A DNA stretch of 64,000 bases from Halobacteriales archaeon QH_7_65_31 (GTDB lineage: Archaea; Halobacteriota; Halobacteria; Halobacteriales; Haloarculaceae): NCBI GenBank assembly GCA_003021785.1, contig PXQU01000005.1, positions 10,850 through 74,849 on the forward strand, written 5' to 3'. The position numbers and the translations under genes are program-made. The notes under the pieces were generated by a model. It searched no databases, was not told the DNA's origin, and saw nothing but the letters and a program-made list of their open reading frames with translations. Of the stretch, positions 62,591 to 64,000 are shown one piece after another (the stretch's first letter is position 1; the number at the start of each line of letters is the position of its first letter).

Positions 62591-64000
62591 CTCCGAGATC
62601 GAGGCGGTCGTCGAGGCAACGGAGCTGCCGAAGCGACTCCGCGAGGAGGTGTACGACGCCGTCGCGGAGCACAACGCGAGCGCCGACGAGGCCGAAGACA
62701 TCGCGACGGCGGTCGAGTCACGCTATCTCGCGACCCGGCTCGATCCGCTCGATCCCGTCGGTACGGTCTCGGCACAGTCGATCGGGGAGCCGGGGACGCA
62801 GATGAGCGTCCCGGCAGACGAGCGTGTCGTCGTCCGCCGCGACGGTGAGACCGAGGTGACGGAGATTGGTTCGTTCGTGGACTCGCTCATGCGCTCTCGG
62901 GAGACCAGAACGGCAGGCGATCACGAGGTCGCCCTCGCGCCCGACGGGGTGTCCGTACCGAGTCTCGGCGACGACGAGCGCGTCGAGTGGAACAGCGTCG
63001 AGGAGGTGAGCCGCCACGAGACGCCCGATGAGCTGCTCGAGTTCGAGCTGGAGTCGGGCCGCTCGATCCGCGCGACGAAGGCACACTCCTTCGTCACCCG
63101 CCGCGACAACGAGATCGTCCCGGTCGCCGGCGAGGAACTCGACGCAGGTGACTGGCTCCCGGTCGTCGCCGATCTCGACGCGACGGACGCGTCCGAGACG
63201 GTCGACCTCCGCCCACGACTCCCCGCCGAGGAGTTCTGGTTCACGTCGACGCTGACCGACGGCGGAACGGCGACGTATCCGGCGGGCGAAGCGCAGGTCG
63301 CGAACAAGCGAGCCGCGCTCGACGCCGACGACATCGAAGCCGGCTACGTCTATCCCGTCGGAGGAACCGTCGGACTTCCCGAACAGCTCCCGCTCGACGA
63401 GACGACCGGCTTCTTCATCGGCGCGTTCCTGGCCGAAGGAAACGCGACCGACCACTACGTCTCGATCTCGAACGTCGACGAGACGTTCCAAGAGCGGGTC
63501 CGAGCGTTCGCCGAGCGGTTCGATCTCTCGGTCAACGAGTACGAGAACACGAGCGGCTTCGCCGACGGCTACGATCTCCGTCTCAACGGGACCGTCCTCG
63601 CGGCGTTCCTCCGTGCGACCTGCACGGACGCGGGCGAGAAGGTCCTTCCCGGATTCGCCGTCGGTGCGCCGGACGCGTTCGTTCGCGCGCTGCTTCGCGG
63701 CTACTTCAGCGGTGACGGTAACGTCGCGGCGAACGCCGTCCGGTCGAGCTCCGTCAGCGACCGCCTGACCGGCGGCATCGCGCTCCTGCTCGCTCGCGTG
63801 GGGATTCACGCGACCCTCGGGGAGACCGACGGCTCTCGAACGCTTCGAATCCCGGCAAAACACGTCGAACGGTTCGACGACCGCGTCGGCATGGTCGGGG
63901 AGCGCGGGACGGAGCTCGCTACCCTCGCGGCGTCGGTCGACACCGACGGCCCGGACGCGACGGACCAGATACCGAACTTCGGCGACGCGGTCGACTCCGT
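62583..64000 (+). CDS. rpoA2: DNA-directed RNA polymerase subunit A'' (5' part, interrupted by an intein; continues beyond the window)
   Basis: ATG 62583 overlaps the rpoA1 stop by 8 nt. Codons 1-74 end in [13 protein letters not shown]. The frame stays open to the window edge, which is why it is absent from the ORF track. Confidence 0.9.
   Translation, partial: MTDSEIEAVVEATELPKRLREEVYDAVAEHNASADEAEDIATAVESRYLATRLDPLDPVGTVSAQSIGEPGTQMSVPADERVVVRRDGETEVTEIGSFVDSLMRSRETRTAGDHEVALAPDGVSVPSLGDDERVEWNSVEEVSRHETPDELLEFELESGRSIRATKAHSFVTRRDNEIVPVAGEELDAGDWLPVVADLDATDASETVDLRPRLPAEEFWFTSTLTDGGTATYPAGEAQVANKRAALDADDIEAGYVYPVGGTVGLPEQLPLDETTGFFIGAFLAEGNATDHYVSISNVDETFQERVRAFAERFDLSVNEYENTSGFADGYDLRLNGTVLAAFLRATCTDAGEKVLPGFAVGAPDAFVRALLRGYFSGDGNVAANAVRSSSVSDRLTGGIALLLARVGIHATLGETDGSRTLRIPAKHVERFDDRVGMVGERGTELATLAASVDTDGPDATDQIPNFGDAVDS
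62805..64000 (+). mobile_element. Intein with LAGLIDADG homing endonuclease inserted in rpoA2 (partial, at least 398 codons in the window)
   Basis: Block A is [18 protein letters not shown] (Ser1) and block B is RATKAHSF. The LAGLIDADG motifs are [13 protein letters not shown] (63408-63446) and [12 protein letters not shown] (63690-63725). Blocks F and G are expected downstream of the window. Confidence 0.85.

Noticed and set aside
59666-62701. Two long minus-strand ORFs (568 aa and 437 aa)
   Set aside because: They are antisense to rpoA1, whose plus-strand frame carries the invariant [10 protein letters not shown] and zinc motifs.
62718-63863. 381-aa minus-strand ORF, the only long track ORF in this region
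   Set aside because: It is antisense to the intein-containing rpoA2 frame. The plus frame (open to the window end, so unlisted) carries intein blocks and LAGLIDADG motifs, whereas the minus ORF is Arg-rich with no motifs.
1-64000. Looked for CRISPR arrays, IS elements, transposases, integrases, toxin-antitoxin pairs and known defence genes
   Set aside because: None were recognisable. The only mobile element found is the rpoA2 intein. The window appears to be conserved core chromosome.

Overview
This is a very GC-rich window (by eye about two-thirds G+C) with an acidic predicted proteome, Tat/lipobox signal peptides and TATA boxes about 27 nt upstream of start codons. That fits a haloarchaeal (class Halobacteria) chromosome; I cannot assign a genus. 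Coding density is high and the content is mostly core housekeeping. Information-processing genes are NAD-dependent DNA ligase, a Rad3/XPD-like helicase, NMD3, Trm5, Hel308 with Cgi121, GlyRS, Hef, RadA, tRNA-Asp(GUC) and the RNA polymerase operon rpoH-B''-B'-A'-A''. Metabolic genes are malate dehydrogenase, dihydroorotase, gamma-glutamyltransferase and an amidohydrolase. There are two paralogous five-gene Opp/Dpp-type ABC importer operons, one MsbA-like ABC exporter, HtpX, tandem crcB, a HalX response regulator and many conserved haloarchaeal hypothetical proteins. I found no rRNA, CRISPR array, transposase, integrase or recognisable defence island. Most long ORFs in the supplied track are Arg/Pro/Ser-rich alternative-frame or antisense artefacts of the high GC content. 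Three observations stand out. (1) A LAGLIDADG intein interrupts rpoA2. Its frame runs off the window end, so it is missing from the ORF track. (2) The substrate-binding protein of the first ABC operon is a sequence-level circular permutation of the canonical family-5 fold. (3) The ABC exporter carries an in-frame loss of about 50 residues between the Q-loop and the signature motif. Secondary items are a divergent pair of a pilin-like surface protein and a minimal HerA/FtsK-like ATPase, about 100-aa insertions splitting the Cys4 tail of both OppF-like ATPases, several sub-60-aa micro-protein genes absent from the track, and a few palindromes and repeats in intergenic DNA. I did not find a convincing multi-gene novel system. 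All family assignments rest on motif recognition by eye, with no database search.
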